DNA of 64,000 bases. Source: Dehalococcoidia bacterium. Lineage in GTDB: Bacteria > Chloroflexota > Dehalococcoidia > UBA2979. The translations under genes and the position numbers were made by a program. The notes beneath the pieces were generated by a model, which saw nothing but the letters and a program-made list of their open reading frames with translations, did no database searches and was not told the origin of the DNA. Positions 34,281-46,986 of the stretch are shown in pieces (position 1 is the first letter of the stretch; each line of letters opens with the position of its first letter). The DNA is taken from NCBI GenBank assembly GCA_041674525.1, contig JBAYVN010000001.1:24224-88223 (forward strand), given 5' to 3'.

Positions 34281-36839
34281 ATGAACGCCCCAGCCACGCC
34301 CCCGAAGGACGTCCTGACCCAGACCGAGGCCGAGGCGCGGGCCCTCCGCGTGGCGGATGTCGCGTACGACCTGCGCCTGGACCTCGTGCGGGGCGCCGCG
34401 ACCTACCGCGGCGCCCTGACGGCCACCTTCCGGCACGCGGGCGCCGGCCCGCTCTTCCTGGACTTCACCGGCCACCGCATCGACCGTCTGGAGGTGAATG
34501 GCACGACCGTGCCCGCGCCGGACTGGACGGGGACACGCCTCACACTGGACGGCGCCCTGCTCGCCCCGGACACCACCGTCCACGTGGTCTACGAGAACGA
34601 ATACGACCACACGGGCGACGGCTTCCACCAGTTCAAGGACCCCGAGGACGGCGAGGAGTACCTCTACACCAACTTCGAGCCCTACTCGGCGCACAAGCTC
34701 TTCCCGTGCTTCGACCAGCCGGACATCAAGGCGAGCTATCGCCTGACGGTCACCGCGCCCGCCGCGTGGGAGCTGATCGCCAACGCGCGTGTCGAGTCTC
34801 GCGCGGCGGCCACGGACGGCGGCGAGCGCGCGACGACGACGTTCGAGCGGACGCAGCGCTTCTCCACGTACCTCTTCGCCCTCATCGCCGGGCCGTTCGT
34901 CGCCTTCCGCGGCGACCACGAGGGGATCGCCCTCGGCTTCTTCGCGCGGAAGTCGCTCGCCCCGCACGTGGACGAGGCCGAGCTCTTCGAGGTCACGAAG
35001 CAGGGGCTGACGTTCTACGCCGGGTTCTTCGACTACCCGTACGCCTTCGGCAAGTACGACCAGGTCTTCGTCCCGGAGTTCAACGCGGGGGCCATGGAGA
35101 ACGTCGGCGCCGTCACCCACTCGGAGCGCATGGTCTTCCGCGACCCGCCCACGGACACGCAGCGCCTCGGCCGCGCTGAGGTGATCCTGCACGAGATGGC
35201 GCACATGTGGTTCGGCGACCTGGTGACCATGCGCTGGTGGAACGACCTCTGGCTGAACGAGTCCTTCGCCACGTACATGGCCTACCTCGCGCTGGACCAG
35301 GCGACGCGCTTCCGCACCTCGTGGCAGGCGTTCAACGCCGGGATGAAGAACTGGGCCTACCGCCAGGACCAGCTGATCACCACGCACCCGATTGCCGGGG
35401 AGGTCGCCGACACGGACGCCACGTTCCTGAACTTCGATGGCATCACGTACGGCAAGGGCGCCGCGGTCATCAAGCAACTCGTCGCCGCCATGGGCATGGA
35501 TGGCTTCCGCGCCGGGATGCGCGGCTACTTCGCAAGGCACGCCTTCGGAAACACCACGCTCTCGCAGTGGCTGGACGCCCTGGGCGAGGGCGTGGGCCGG
35601 GATCTGCACGGCTGGGCGCAGGCATGGCTGGAGACGCCCTCGCTCAACACGATCGCCGCGCAGGTGGACGCGGACGGCGATCGCGTCGCGGCGCTCACGC
35701 TGACGCAGACGGCCCCGCCCGCGTATCCCACCCTCCGCCCACACGTCATGGACATCGCGCTGGTGCGCGAAGAGGCCGGCGCGATCACGATCCGCGAGGT
35801 TCCCGCGCGCATCGAGGGAGCGACCGCCACGATCGATGCGGCACGGGGCGCGGCGCTGCCCGCGCTCGTCTTCCCGAACCACCACGATCACGACTTCGCG
35901 AAGGTCGCGCTGGACGAGCGGTCGCTGGACTTCGTTCGCGAGCACCTGGATCGCATCGACGATCCGCTCCTGCGCCAGCTGATCTGGCAGGCGCTGTGGA
36001 ACATGGTGCGCGACCAGCAGCTCAAGTCCACGGAGTACCTGGATCTCGCGGGCGCGAAGGTGACCACCGAGCAGGATCACGAGCTGGTGGAGACGATCCT
36101 CGGCACGATGTCGGCGGCGATCGCGCGCTTCGTGCCGGAGCGTGAGAAGGCGGCCGCCGCGCACCGCTTCTTCGCGCTCGCGCTGGAGGCCCTGCGATCC
36201 GCCACGGACGGCGACATGCAGATCACGTGGGCGCGCACCGTCATCGGCAACGCGATCACGCCGGATGACATCCTCACCACCGGCCAGCTCGCCGACGGCG
36301 GCATCGAGGTGCCCGGACTCACCATCGACCAGGACATGCGATGGAGCATCGCGCAGCGCTACGTCGCCTACGGACTGCCGGGCGCACAGGCGCGCGTGGG
36401 CGCAGAGCAGGCGCGCGACCCGTCCGACCGCGGCCAGCGCGCCGCCCTGCGCTGCGCCACCTCGAAGCCCGACGCCGCGACGAAGGCCGAGGCGTGGGCG
36501 CGCTTCCAGACCGGCATCGGCGGCTACGGCTCGCTGCACCAGACCAGCGCCGCCATGGGTGGCTTCCACTGGTGGGTGCAGCGCGATCTGCTGGCGCCGT
36601 ACGTGGAGCGATACTTCGAGGCCCTCCCCGGCCTCTTCGAGCGCGAGGAGAACGAGTACGCCACCGCCTACTTCGGCGGCCTGTGGCCGGGCTACCTGGT
36701 GGAGCGCCCGACCCTGGACCGTGCGCGCGCGCTCCTAGCGACGCTCGGCGATACACTCCCGGTGCTCCAGCGCTCGCTTCGCGAGGCGATCGACGACCTC
36801 GAGCGGGCGATCCGGTGCCGGGAGTTCGCGGCGCGATGA
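34281..36839 (+). CDS. pepN: Aminopeptidase N (M1 family metallopeptidase)
   Basis: 852 aa; GAMEN and HEMAHMWFG...E zinc motifs; GAGGGAG Shine-Dalgarno. Confidence 0.9.
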   Translation: MNAPATPPKDVLTQTEAEARALRVADVAYDLRLDLVRGAATYRGALTATFRHAGAGPLFLDFTGHRIDRLEVNGTTVPAPDWTGTRLTLDGALLAPDTTVHVVYENEYDHTGDGFHQFKDPEDGEEYLYTNFEPYSAHKLFPCFDQPDIKASYRLTVTAPAAWELIANARVESRAAATDGGERATTTFERTQRFSTYLFALIAGPFVAFRGDHEGIALGFFARKSLAPHVDEAELFEVTKQGLTFYAGFFDYPYAFGKYDQVFVPEFNAGAMENVGAVTHSERMVFRDPPTDTQRLGRAEVILHEMAHMWFGDLVTMRWWNDLWLNESFATYMAYLALDQATRFRTSWQAFNAGMKNWAYRQDQLITTHPIAGEVADTDATFLNFDGITYGKGAAVIKQLVAAMGMDGFRAGMRGYFARHAFGNTTLSQWLDALGEGVGRDLHGWAQAWLETPSLNTIAAQVDADGDRVAALTLTQTAPPAYPTLRPHVMDIALVREEAGAITIREVPARIEGATATIDAARGAALPALVFPNHHDHDFAKVALDERSLDFVREHLDRIDDPLLRQLIWQALWNMVRDQQLKSTEYLDLAGAKVTTEQDHELVETILGTMSAAIARFVPEREKAAAAHRFFALALEALRSATDGDMQITWARTVIGNAITPDDILTTGQLADGGIEVPGLTIDQDMRWSIAQRYVAYGLPGAQARVGAEQARDPSDRGQRAALRCATSKPDAATKAEAWARFQTGIGGYGSLHQTSAAMGGFHWWVQRDLLAPYVERYFEALPGLFEREENEYATAYFGGLWPGYLVERPTLDRARALLATLGDTLPVLQRSLREAIDDLERAIRCREFAAR

Positions 36840-38164
36840 AGCTACCCCTGTCCCCGCGCCGCAAGCCGTTCTACGGCTGGGTGATCGTGGCGGCCGGCGC
36901 CGGCATCGAGTTCACGGTGGGCGCCCTGATGCAGCAGGTGTTCGGCGGGTACGCCGCCGCGCTCACGCGCGAGTTCGGCTGGAACCGCAGCACGATCGGC
37001 GTCGGCTTCTCGCTCTCGCGGCTGGAGAACGGCATCCTCGGGCCGCTGCAGGGATGGATGATCGACCGCTTCGGGCCGCAGTGGGTGATCCGAGGCGGCC
37101 TCTGCCTGTTGGCGGTCGGCTTCATCGCGTTCAGCCAGTTGCACTCAATCACCACGTTCTACCTCGCCTTCGGCCTCATGGCGCTGGGCGGGGGCCTGGC
37201 CGGGTTCATGCCGATCACGGTGGCGGTGGTGAACTGGTTCGACCGGCAGCGCGCGCGGGCGCTGGGCATCGCACAGATCGGCTTCGCGCTCAGCGGCGTA
37301 ATCGCGTCGTTCGTGATCCTCGCGATCACGCAGATCGGCTGGCGCGAGGTGTCCTTCGCCTCGGGGATCATCGTGCTCGTGGTCGGACTGCCTATCACGG
37401 CGCTCATCCGCGGCCGCCCGGAGGACATGGGCCTGCGCCTGGACGGGCTGACCGAGGAGGAGGAAGCACGCCTGCGCGAGCAGGACGCCGCGCACGCGCG
37501 CGTCTCCAGCAGCACGCCGGTCGACTTCACCGCGCGGGAGGCGCTGACCACCCGGGCGTTCTGGCTGATCTCGCTGGGGCACGGCTCAGCGCTGCTGGTG
37601 GTCGGGGCGGTGATGGTGCACCTGTTCCTGCACCTCACGGATTCGCTCGGGTACTCGGACGAGCACGCTGCGATGTTCATCCTGATCATGACGGTCAGCC
37701 AGATCGCGGGGCAGCTGGCCGGCGGCTTCCTGGGCGACATCATCAACAAGCGCATCATCGTGGTGACGTGCATGGGGATGCATGCCGCCGGCCTGCTGCT
37801 GGTCGCGCACGTGGGAACGGTCCCGGCTGTGATCGCGTTCGCGGTGCTGCACGGCGGCGCGTGGGGCGGCCGAGGTCCGCTGATGCAGGCGCTCCGCGCG
37901 GACTACTTCGGCCGCGGTTCGTTCGGGAAGATCATGGGCTTCTCGTCGATGATCACGATGTTCGGAACGATCACCGGGCCGATCCTCGCGGGCTGGCTGT
38001 ACGACCGCACGGGGTCCTACACGGTGGGATTCACCGTGATCGCGCTGCTCGCCGTCCTCGGGTCACTGTTCTTCGTCTTCGCCACCCGCCCGCCCCTGCC
38101 GAGGCGCCCGGAAGGCGCACCGCCCCCCACGCCGGAGCCCGCAGTGGCCCTCGTGACGCACTAG
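36836..38164 (+). CDS. MFS transporter (oxalate/formate antiporter-like)
   Basis: 442 aa; ATG overlaps pepN stop (ATGA); 12 TM-like hydrophobic segments, OFA-type N-terminus. Confidence 0.75.
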   Translation: MKLPLSPRRKPFYGWVIVAAGAGIEFTVGALMQQVFGGYAAALTREFGWNRSTIGVGFSLSRLENGILGPLQGWMIDRFGPQWVIRGGLCLLAVGFIAFSQLHSITTFYLAFGLMALGGGLAGFMPITVAVVNWFDRQRARALGIAQIGFALSGVIASFVILAITQIGWREVSFASGIIVLVVGLPITALIRGRPEDMGLRLDGLTEEEEARLREQDAAHARVSSSTPVDFTAREALTTRAFWLISLGHGSALLVVGAVMVHLFLHLTDSLGYSDEHAAMFILIMTVSQIAGQLAGGFLGDIINKRIIVVTCMGMHAAGLLLVAHVGTVPAVIAFAVLHGGAWGGRGPLMQALRADYFGRGSFGKIMGFSSMITMFGTITGPILAGWLYDRTGSYTVGFTVIALLAVLGSLFFVFATRPPLPRRPEGAPPPTPEPAVALVTH

Positions 38165-38272
38165 CGGCCCCGGAGGCGCCTCGACGCGCGATCCGCGGCG
38201 GCGGCGCGCCAGCGGCAGGGCGTCACGCGCGCTTCGAGGCGGGCGGCCACGCATGCGGAGCCACGCGAGGAG

Positions 38273-39397
38273 TCAGTTGAGGCCGACTCGTGCCCTGAAT
38301 TCGGTCACGGAGATGATTGGGATGCCCCACTGCCTCGCCTTCGCCGCCTTCCCGGACTGTGAAGCGACGTCGACCGCGACCACCAGGTCACAGGCCTTCT
38401 TTGTGACACCAGCGACGGGCTGAAACCCGGCCTGGGCCGCGGCGATCTCAAGCGCTTCCCGTGTCCATGGTGCAGCGTCGCCGGTGAAGCACACGCGCAT
38501 CCCGTCGGTCACGGGCGGGACCGCTCGGACCGCCGTCAGGGAGGGCAGGAAGTCCTCATGAACGCCCAATGCCGCAGCTACGCGGTCGAGCAAATCGCGC
38601 TCACCACGGGTGACCATCCCGTCCCTCGTCGCCGCCTGCACCAACAGCCGCATGTAGTGGGAGTGCATCTGCGTCGTGTGGACCGGGTCAAGGCCCAGCT
38701 CACGGGCCAGCGCGTCCAGCTCCTCGCGCTCCGCCCGATCGATGACTGCGTCATCGAGCACCCAGTTGAGCGCATGGAGATAGGCCAGCATCCGCCCATC
38801 GCCGGTCGGGAGCCGCAGCGGCGGGCGAACGCGCGCCATCGCGGGAACACTGACCTGGACCGCTTCGCGTCGCAGCGTGCGCGCTTCGGCGGACGGGGGA
38901 TTGACGATCGTTGCGGGACTGAAGGGAACGCCCTCGTCGTGGAGGAGGCGGAACAGGTCGGCCGTTGCCTGGGCATCGGCGAGCGCGCGATGGTGGTTGG
39001 CCAGCGGGATCCCCATCGACGCGCACGCGCGGTCCAGCGAGCAACCCATGTACCTCAGGGTGTCGAAACCGAAGCCCTCATCGAGTTGTGATCCGGCGCG
39101 AGCGAATTCCTGTGCGAGCATCCGGAGGTCGAATGGGAGGTTGTGAGCAACCAGCGCGCAGCCATCCAGATGCGCAGCGATCGCCCCACCAACCTCCATA
39201 AACGTGGGTGCCGAGCTGACCATGCCGGCCGTAATGCCGTGGATTCCAGTCGGACCAACGTCGCGACCAGGGTCGATGAGCGTGTCGAACTCTTCGACCG
39301 TTCGGAGATCCTCGTCAAGGACAATCACCGCTGCCTCAACGACCCGATCGGCCCGCCCGAGTCCCGTCGTCTCGACATCGACCACCGCATACCGCAT
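38273..39397 (-). CDS. DnaQ-like 3'-5' exonuclease (DNA Pol III epsilon family) fused to C-terminal BRCT domain
   Basis: 374 aa from MRYAVVDVETTGL (Exo I motif), HNLPFDLRML (Exo II), HRALADAQAT (Exo III); C-terminal BRCT-like region; GAGGGA Shine-Dalgarno. Confidence 0.75.
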   Translation of the reverse strand: MRYAVVDVETTGLGRADRVVEAAVIVLDEDLRTVEEFDTLIDPGRDVGPTGIHGITAGMVSSAPTFMEVGGAIAAHLDGCALVAHNLPFDLRMLAQEFARAGSQLDEGFGFDTLRYMGCSLDRACASMGIPLANHHRALADAQATADLFRLLHDEGVPFSPATIVNPPSAEARTLRREAVQVSVPAMARVRPPLRLPTGDGRMLAYLHALNWVLDDAVIDRAEREELDALARELGLDPVHTTQMHSHYMRLLVQAATRDGMVTRGERDLLDRVAAALGVHEDFLPSLTAVRAVPPVTDGMRVCFTGDAAPWTREALEIAAAQAGFQPVAGVTKKACDLVVAVDVASQSGKAAKARQWGIPIISVTEFRARVGLN

Positions 39398-39493
39398 AGC
39401 GTCCCTCGCAGGAGCGTGCGAATTGTACGCCAACTGGAGTAGGAGTGCCCGGCGCGGTGCGAGCGTCCCCAATCGAGGACCCCGGCGCGCGGC

Positions 39494-39961
39494 TCAGGGG
39501 CGGTGCGGCGTGTCCTCGCCGTGCTCGGCGTGCCCGGCGGGGGCGTCGACCGTAGCTGTAGCGGCAGCGTGGTGCGCGTGGCCTGAGTACTCGTCGCGGC
39601 GGAGCAGCATGCCGAGGTACATCGTCGCGAGCATCGCGAGGTGCCCGACGACGTTCAGGAACGACTCCGTCACGACGCCGGCGCGCATCGCGGGGAGCAG
39701 GACGATGAACGGGAGCGTCATTGCGAGTGCCATCTCGCCGATGCGCTCCCAGGAATGCCCCCGGTAACGCATCCACGCGCCCATACCCACGTTCATGTAC
39801 ACGACCATGAGGACGGTGCGAACGAGCGGCACGGTGCTGACGGCGCTGTCGTGCATCTGGTTGTGCATGCCGAGCGCCATGAAGGTGATCGGGCCGAGGA
39901 GGAACATCCCCGCGAACATCGCGAGGACCATCTCCAGGTAGTGACGCGCGAACGGTGACAT
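39494..39961 (-). CDS. Met/His-rich small integral membrane protein (hypothetical)
   Basis: 155 aa, 4 hydrophobic segments, unusually Met-rich (MxxxM motifs) with His-rich C-terminal tail (HAHHAAATATVDAPAGHAEHGED). Confidence 0.5.
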   Translation of the reverse strand: MSPFARHYLEMVLAMFAGMFLLGPITFMALGMHNQMHDSAVSTVPLVRTVLMVVYMNVGMGAWMRYRGHSWERIGEMALAMTLPFIVLLPAMRAGVVTESFLNVVGHLAMLATMYLGMLLRRDEYSGHAHHAAATATVDAPAGHAEHGEDTPHRP

Positions 39962-40181
39962 GTTGAGTGGCTCCTGACTGGGGTCGTCCCCTGCAGCTAG
40001 CCTACCCCGGCCGCACCTCGGCCTCCACTTCGCGTCGCACGAGGCGGATGACCTTCACCGAGATCATGAGCGCGAGGGCGATCTCGTCGTCCGAGCGGCC
40101 TGCGAGGATCCACGAACGCACGCGCTCGTATTCCTCGCGGGCCGGCCCGAACCCCACCATCGCGCGATCCCGAGTCGCTGG

Positions 40182-42881
<2,700 letters not shown>

Positions 42882-42995
42882 CGCACAGCCATCGCACAGC
42901 CGACGTCGCATAGCACGTCACGCCGCGCCCTCGCGCACGCGCGCCGGGGCATCGTAATCCATTCGTGCCTGAGGGCCGAGCGTCCCGATCGGGAG

Positions 42996-43556
42996 TTACG
43001 CGCGGAAACAGCCGGCCAGGTGGTCATTCACCAGGCCGCACGCCTGCATGAAGGCGTAGGCCGTGGTCGGCCCCACGAAGCGGAAGCCCGCCAGCCGCAA
43101 CGCGCGGCTCAGGGCGCGCGACTCCGCCGTCTGGGACGGCACCTCGTCCAGGCGGCGCCAGCGGTTCTGGCGCCGCTCGCCGTCCACCACGTGCCACGCG
43201 AGCGTCGAAAGCGCCTCTGCCCCGCCGAGCGCGACTGTCGCACGAGCGTTCTGGATCGTTGCCTCGATCTTGCCGTGGTGCCGCACGATGCCGGGGTCGA
43301 GCAGCAGCCGCGCCACGTCTGTCCCGTCCATCGCCGCGATGCGTTCGATGTCCCAGCCGTGGAACGCGGCCCGGTAGCCCTCGCGGCGGTGCAGGATCGT
43401 GCGCCAGGACAGGCCCGCCTGCGCCCCCTCCAGCGTGAGGAACTCGAAGAGCACGCGGCCGTCGTACACCGGCACACCCCATTCGTCGTCGTGGTACGTG
43501 CACATCAGTGTGTCGTCACCATCAGCCCACTCGCAGCGCCGCACGTCCCCCCGCAT
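42996..43556 (-). CDS. tag: DNA-3-methyladenine glycosylase I
   Basis: 186 aa from MRGDVRRCEWADGDDTLMCTYHDDEWG (GAGGGGG Shine-Dalgarno); Tag zinc-site residues present. Confidence 0.8.
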   Translation of the reverse strand: MRGDVRRCEWADGDDTLMCTYHDDEWGVPVYDGRVLFEFLTLEGAQAGLSWRTILHRREGYRAAFHGWDIERIAAMDGTDVARLLLDPGIVRHHGKIEATIQNARATVALGGAEALSTLAWHVVDGERRQNRWRRLDEVPSQTAESRALSRALRLAGFRFVGPTTAYAFMQACGLVNDHLAGCFRA

Positions 43557-43653
43557 CACGGCTTCCCCCTCGTTCCCTCGCGCAGCCCGCACACGAGAAC
43601 GGCCGAGCGGTTGCCCGCCCGGCCGTTCGAACGATCGCGACCGCGGCGAGCCG

Positions 43654-44079
43654 CTAGTTGACCGTCAGCTTGCCCTTCATCCCCGCGTCCTTGTGACCAG
43701 GAACGGAGCAGTAGAAGTCGTAGGTCCCAGCGGCGGCCGGTGTGATCTCGAGCTTGCCGCTCGCCTTGGCCTTGAGCAGGGCCTTGATGGCCACGTTGTC
43801 GGCCTTCGGGTCCTTGCCGTCGAACTTCGCGGCACCCTCGATCTTGTCGATCGTGAAGTCGTGGTCCAGGGCGCCGGTGTTGTTGAGCGTGATCGTCAGC
43901 GTCTGGCCCTTGGTGGCTGTGAGCGCCGTCTTGTCGTACTTGATGTCCTGCATCTGGAGGGTGACGGCAGACGAGGAGCCGTCGCCGGCCGGGGCCGAGG
44001 AGCCCCCTCCGGAACAACCCGCCAGGACGATCGCCAGGGCCGCCGCCCCGATGGCGACCGCGCTCTTGAACTTCCGCAT
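43654..44079 (-). CDS. Cupredoxin (plastocyanin/azurin-like blue copper) lipoprotein
   Basis: 141 aa; lipoprotein signal LAGCSG; type-1 copper ligands His (DHDF), C-terminal CSVPGHKDAGMKG (Cys-His-Met). Confidence 0.7.
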   Translation of the reverse strand: MRKFKSAVAIGAAALAIVLAGCSGGGSSAPAGDGSSSAVTLQMQDIKYDKTALTATKGQTLTITLNNTGALDHDFTIDKIEGAAKFDGKDPKADNVAIKALLKAKASGKLEITPAAAGTYDFYCSVPGHKDAGMKGKLTVN

Positions 44080-44221
44080 GGGTGAGATCGCACCTTTCTC
44101 GGCTATGGAGCCGGTTTATTCCCATCAACGATCGCAGCCACCCCGGGTAGCGGCAAGGAGCCGCCCCCGGTTGTGCGGAAGCCGCGCCGGGCGATAGCAT
44201 GGGTGAGGACGGTCCGCTCGC

Positions 44222-44298
44222 GGGCGGTTAGCTCAGTTGGTACGAGCGCTCGCTTCACACGCGAGAGGTCACTGGTTCGAGTCCAGTACCGCCCACCA
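44222..44298 (+). tRNA. tRNA-Val (anticodon CAC)
   Basis: Cloverleaf read manually: acceptor GGGCGGT/ACCGCCC, anticodon loop TTCACAC, T-loop GGTTCGAGTCC, encoded CCA. Confidence 0.8.
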
Positions 44299-44326
44299 GC
44301 GAAGCGAGCCGGCGACGGGGAACCGG

Positions 44327-44413
<87 letters not shown>

Positions 44414-44443
44414 CCAACCCGTCGGTTTGCTGTTTGAGGTCGT

Positions 44444-44519
44444 GCGCTCGTAGCTCAGGGGATAGAGCGCTGCCCTGCGGAGGCAGAGGCCGCAAGTTCG
44501 AATCTTGCCGGGCGCACCA
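44444..44519 (+). tRNA. tRNA-Arg, anticodon read as GCG (unusual; canonical bacterial isoacceptor is ACG)
   Basis: Acceptor GCGCTCG/CGGGCGC (one G-U), D-arm GCTC-AGGGGATA-GAGC, anticodon stem CTGCC/GGCAG with loop CTGCGGA, T-arm GCAAG-TTCGAAT-CTTGC, CCA; overall very similar to E. coli tRNA-Arg(ACG). Confidence 0.65.
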
Positions 44520-44760
44520 CAGACCTCGACTGAACAAACGGACCTCGACTGCCCCCTCCCCTCCGGCCCCGGCTCTCGCGGCCAAGGACCGCCCCCGCAC
44601 TTCTTCGGGCCTCGTTCCGCGCCCTGCCCGCTCGGAGACACCGGGGGCCGCGCCGCCCCGACATCGGGGTTCTGCCGAGTCGCGCCAGCCCGGGGCTTCG
44701 CCACACTCGAAGAGACGGCTCCGCGGGACCCCACCCGCGCCGTCTGCGGGAGGATCCCCG

Positions 44761-45018
44761 ATGTTCACATCTCAGGCCGTGGCCGACCTCGCCCTCATGC
44801 TCTCCGGCGTCACCACCGTCGATGTCGCCGACCGCGCCATCAAGCAGGCGCTCCGGACCACCGGCCTGCTCTCCGCGCCCACCGTGGATCAGGACGACAT
44901 CGCCCGGCTGCTGGTCGCGCTCGCGGCGCAGGGCGGCCCGATCGAGGAGATGGCCGTGGAGATGGCCATCCACGGCATCGGCGGCACCGGTCCCGCGGCG
45001 GGCGGCCGCGCCTCGTAG
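44761..45018 (+). CDS. Hypothetical small protein (85 aa)
   Basis: ATG with GGGAGGA Shine-Dalgarno 5 nt upstream; MFTSQAVADLALMLSGVTTVDVADRAIKQALRTTGLL...; plausible composition. Confidence 0.4.
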   Translation: MFTSQAVADLALMLSGVTTVDVADRAIKQALRTTGLLSAPTVDQDDIARLLVALAAQGGPIEEMAVEMAIHGIGGTGPAAGGRAS

Positions 45019-45072
45019 CCAGGTCCCGGCGGCGGCTCCGGACGGGTCCGCGCCCCGTCGTACGATAGAGGC

Positions 45073-46986
45073 GTGACCGACGAGTCCGTCCTGCACCAGG
45101 TCCACTCCCTCCCGGAGCGCCCGGGCGTCTACATCATGCGAGACGCCCGCGGCGACGTGATCTACGTCGGCAAGGCCACGCGCCTCCGCGACCGGGTGCG
45201 CTCGTACTTCGGCTCCTCGCGGAGCATGGAGCCGAAGGTGCTCGCCCTGGCCGGCCAGGTGCGGGTGATCGAGCACGTGGTGACGAGGAACGAGGCGGAG
45301 GCCCTCCACCTCGAGGCCACGCTGGTGAAGCGCCACCAGCCCATCTACAACGTCCGGCTGAAGGACGACAAGCACTACCCGTACCTGAAGGTGGACGTGC
45401 AGCACCCCTGGCCGCGCGTGACCATCACCCGCCGTGTGGAGAACGACGGCGCGCGCTACTTCGGGCCGTACGCCTCGGCGGGCTCGGTGCGGCGCACGCT
45501 GGACGTGGTCAAGAAGCTCTTCCCGTGGCGCTCCTGCACGAAGGAGATCACCGGCAACGACCCGCGCCCCTGCCTGGATTACTACATCAAGCGCTGCATC
45601 GCCCCCTGCACCGCCTACTGCACGCCGGAGGAGTACGCCGGGGTCATCCAGGAGACCATCCTGTTCCTGGAGGGCCGCTCCGACGAGGTGCTCCGCCACG
45701 TCCTCCGCGAGATGGAGCGCGCCTCGGACGCGCTGGACTTCGAGCGGGCGGCGCGGCTCCGCGACCAGGCGGAGGCGATCCGCCGGGTCACCGAGCGGCA
45801 GCAGATGGCGACCACCACGCCCCTGGACGCGGATGTCTTCGCGCTGGCGAGGCAGGACGACGAGGCCTGCGTGCAGGTCTTCTTCGTGCGCGGCACCGTG
45901 GTCGCGGACACCGACTCGTTCATGCTCGAAGGCACCGCGGACGCCAGCGACGCCGAGGTGCTGGGCGCCTTCCTCCCCCAGTTCTACGAGTCCGCCACGT
46001 ACGTCCCGCGCGCGCTCCTGCTCTCGCAGGAGCCCACCGATCGCGAGCAACTGGAGACGATGCTGCGGGAGCAGCGCGGGCGGTCCGTGGAGATCGCCGT
46101 CCCGGTGCGCGGGGAGCGCCGCGCCCTGGTCGCGAGCGCCGAGGACAACGCGCGCGAGTCGCTGCGCATGCACCACGTCCGCTGGGTGGCGGACCGCGAC
46201 AAGACGGAGGCCGCGCTCTCCCTGCTGCAGGAGGAGCTCGACCTCCCGGCGCGGCCCAACCGCATCGAGTGCTACGACATCTCGACGATCCAGGGGACGA
46301 ACACGGTCGCCTCGATGGTGGTGTTCCGCGACGGGCACCCCGCGACCAGCCAGTACCGGCGCTTCCGCATCAAGACGGTCGAGGGGCAGAACGACTTCGC
46401 CTCCATGCACGAGGTCCTGACGCGCCGCTTCAAGCGCATCGCGGAGCGCCGCTGCCGCGACCGCGGCCTGGCGGTGGAGACCGAGATCGCTCCCGCTGAT
46501 GCCACGATCGGATCGGGCGTGATGGATGCGGAGGAGCCGCAGGACCTCTCACCGTGGGACGAGGTGCCGGACCTCGTGATCATCGATGGGGGCAAGGGCC
46601 AGCTCGGCGCTGTGCTGGATGCGATGCGCGAGATGGACCTGCGCGACGTGCCGGTGTGCGGGCTCGCAAAGCAGCAGGAGGAGATCTTCGTCGCGGACGT
46701 GTCCGAGTCGATCATGCTCCCACGGACCTCCGAGGCGCTCTACCTGGTCCAGCGCATCCGCGACGAGGCGCACCGCTTCGCGATCACCTACCACCGCAAC
46801 CTGCGCGGCAAGGCGGCGACGCGATCGGTCCTCGACGCCATCCCCGGCGTCGGGCCGAAGCGCAAGCGCGCGCTGCTGCGGAAGTTCGGATCGGTGAAGG
46901 CGATCCGCGAGGCGGACATCGCCGAAATCGCCGCGACGGTGGGTTTCACCCAGCGCCTCGCGGAGACCGTCAAGCGCTCGCTGTGA
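45073..46986 (+). CDS. uvrC: Excinuclease ABC subunit C
   Basis: 637 aa, GTG start; GIY-YIG N-terminus (GVYIMRDARGDVIYVGKA), UvrBC interaction, RNase H-like and HhH domains. Confidence 0.9.
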   Translation: MTDESVLHQVHSLPERPGVYIMRDARGDVIYVGKATRLRDRVRSYFGSSRSMEPKVLALAGQVRVIEHVVTRNEAEALHLEATLVKRHQPIYNVRLKDDKHYPYLKVDVQHPWPRVTITRRVENDGARYFGPYASAGSVRRTLDVVKKLFPWRSCTKEITGNDPRPCLDYYIKRCIAPCTAYCTPEEYAGVIQETILFLEGRSDEVLRHVLREMERASDALDFERAARLRDQAEAIRRVTERQQMATTTPLDADVFALARQDDEACVQVFFVRGTVVADTDSFMLEGTADASDAEVLGAFLPQFYESATYVPRALLLSQEPTDREQLETMLREQRGRSVEIAVPVRGERRALVASAEDNARESLRMHHVRWVADRDKTEAALSLLQEELDLPARPNRIECYDISTIQGTNTVASMVVFRDGHPATSQYRRFRIKTVEGQNDFASMHEVLTRRFKRIAERRCRDRGLAVETEIAPADATIGSGVMDAEEPQDLSPWDEVPDLVIIDGGKGQLGAVLDAMREMDLRDVPVCGLAKQQEEIFVADVSESIMLPRTSEALYLVQRIRDEAHRFAITYHRNLRGKAATRSVLDAIPGVGPKRKRALLRKFGSVKAIREADIAEIAATVGFTQRLAETVKRSL

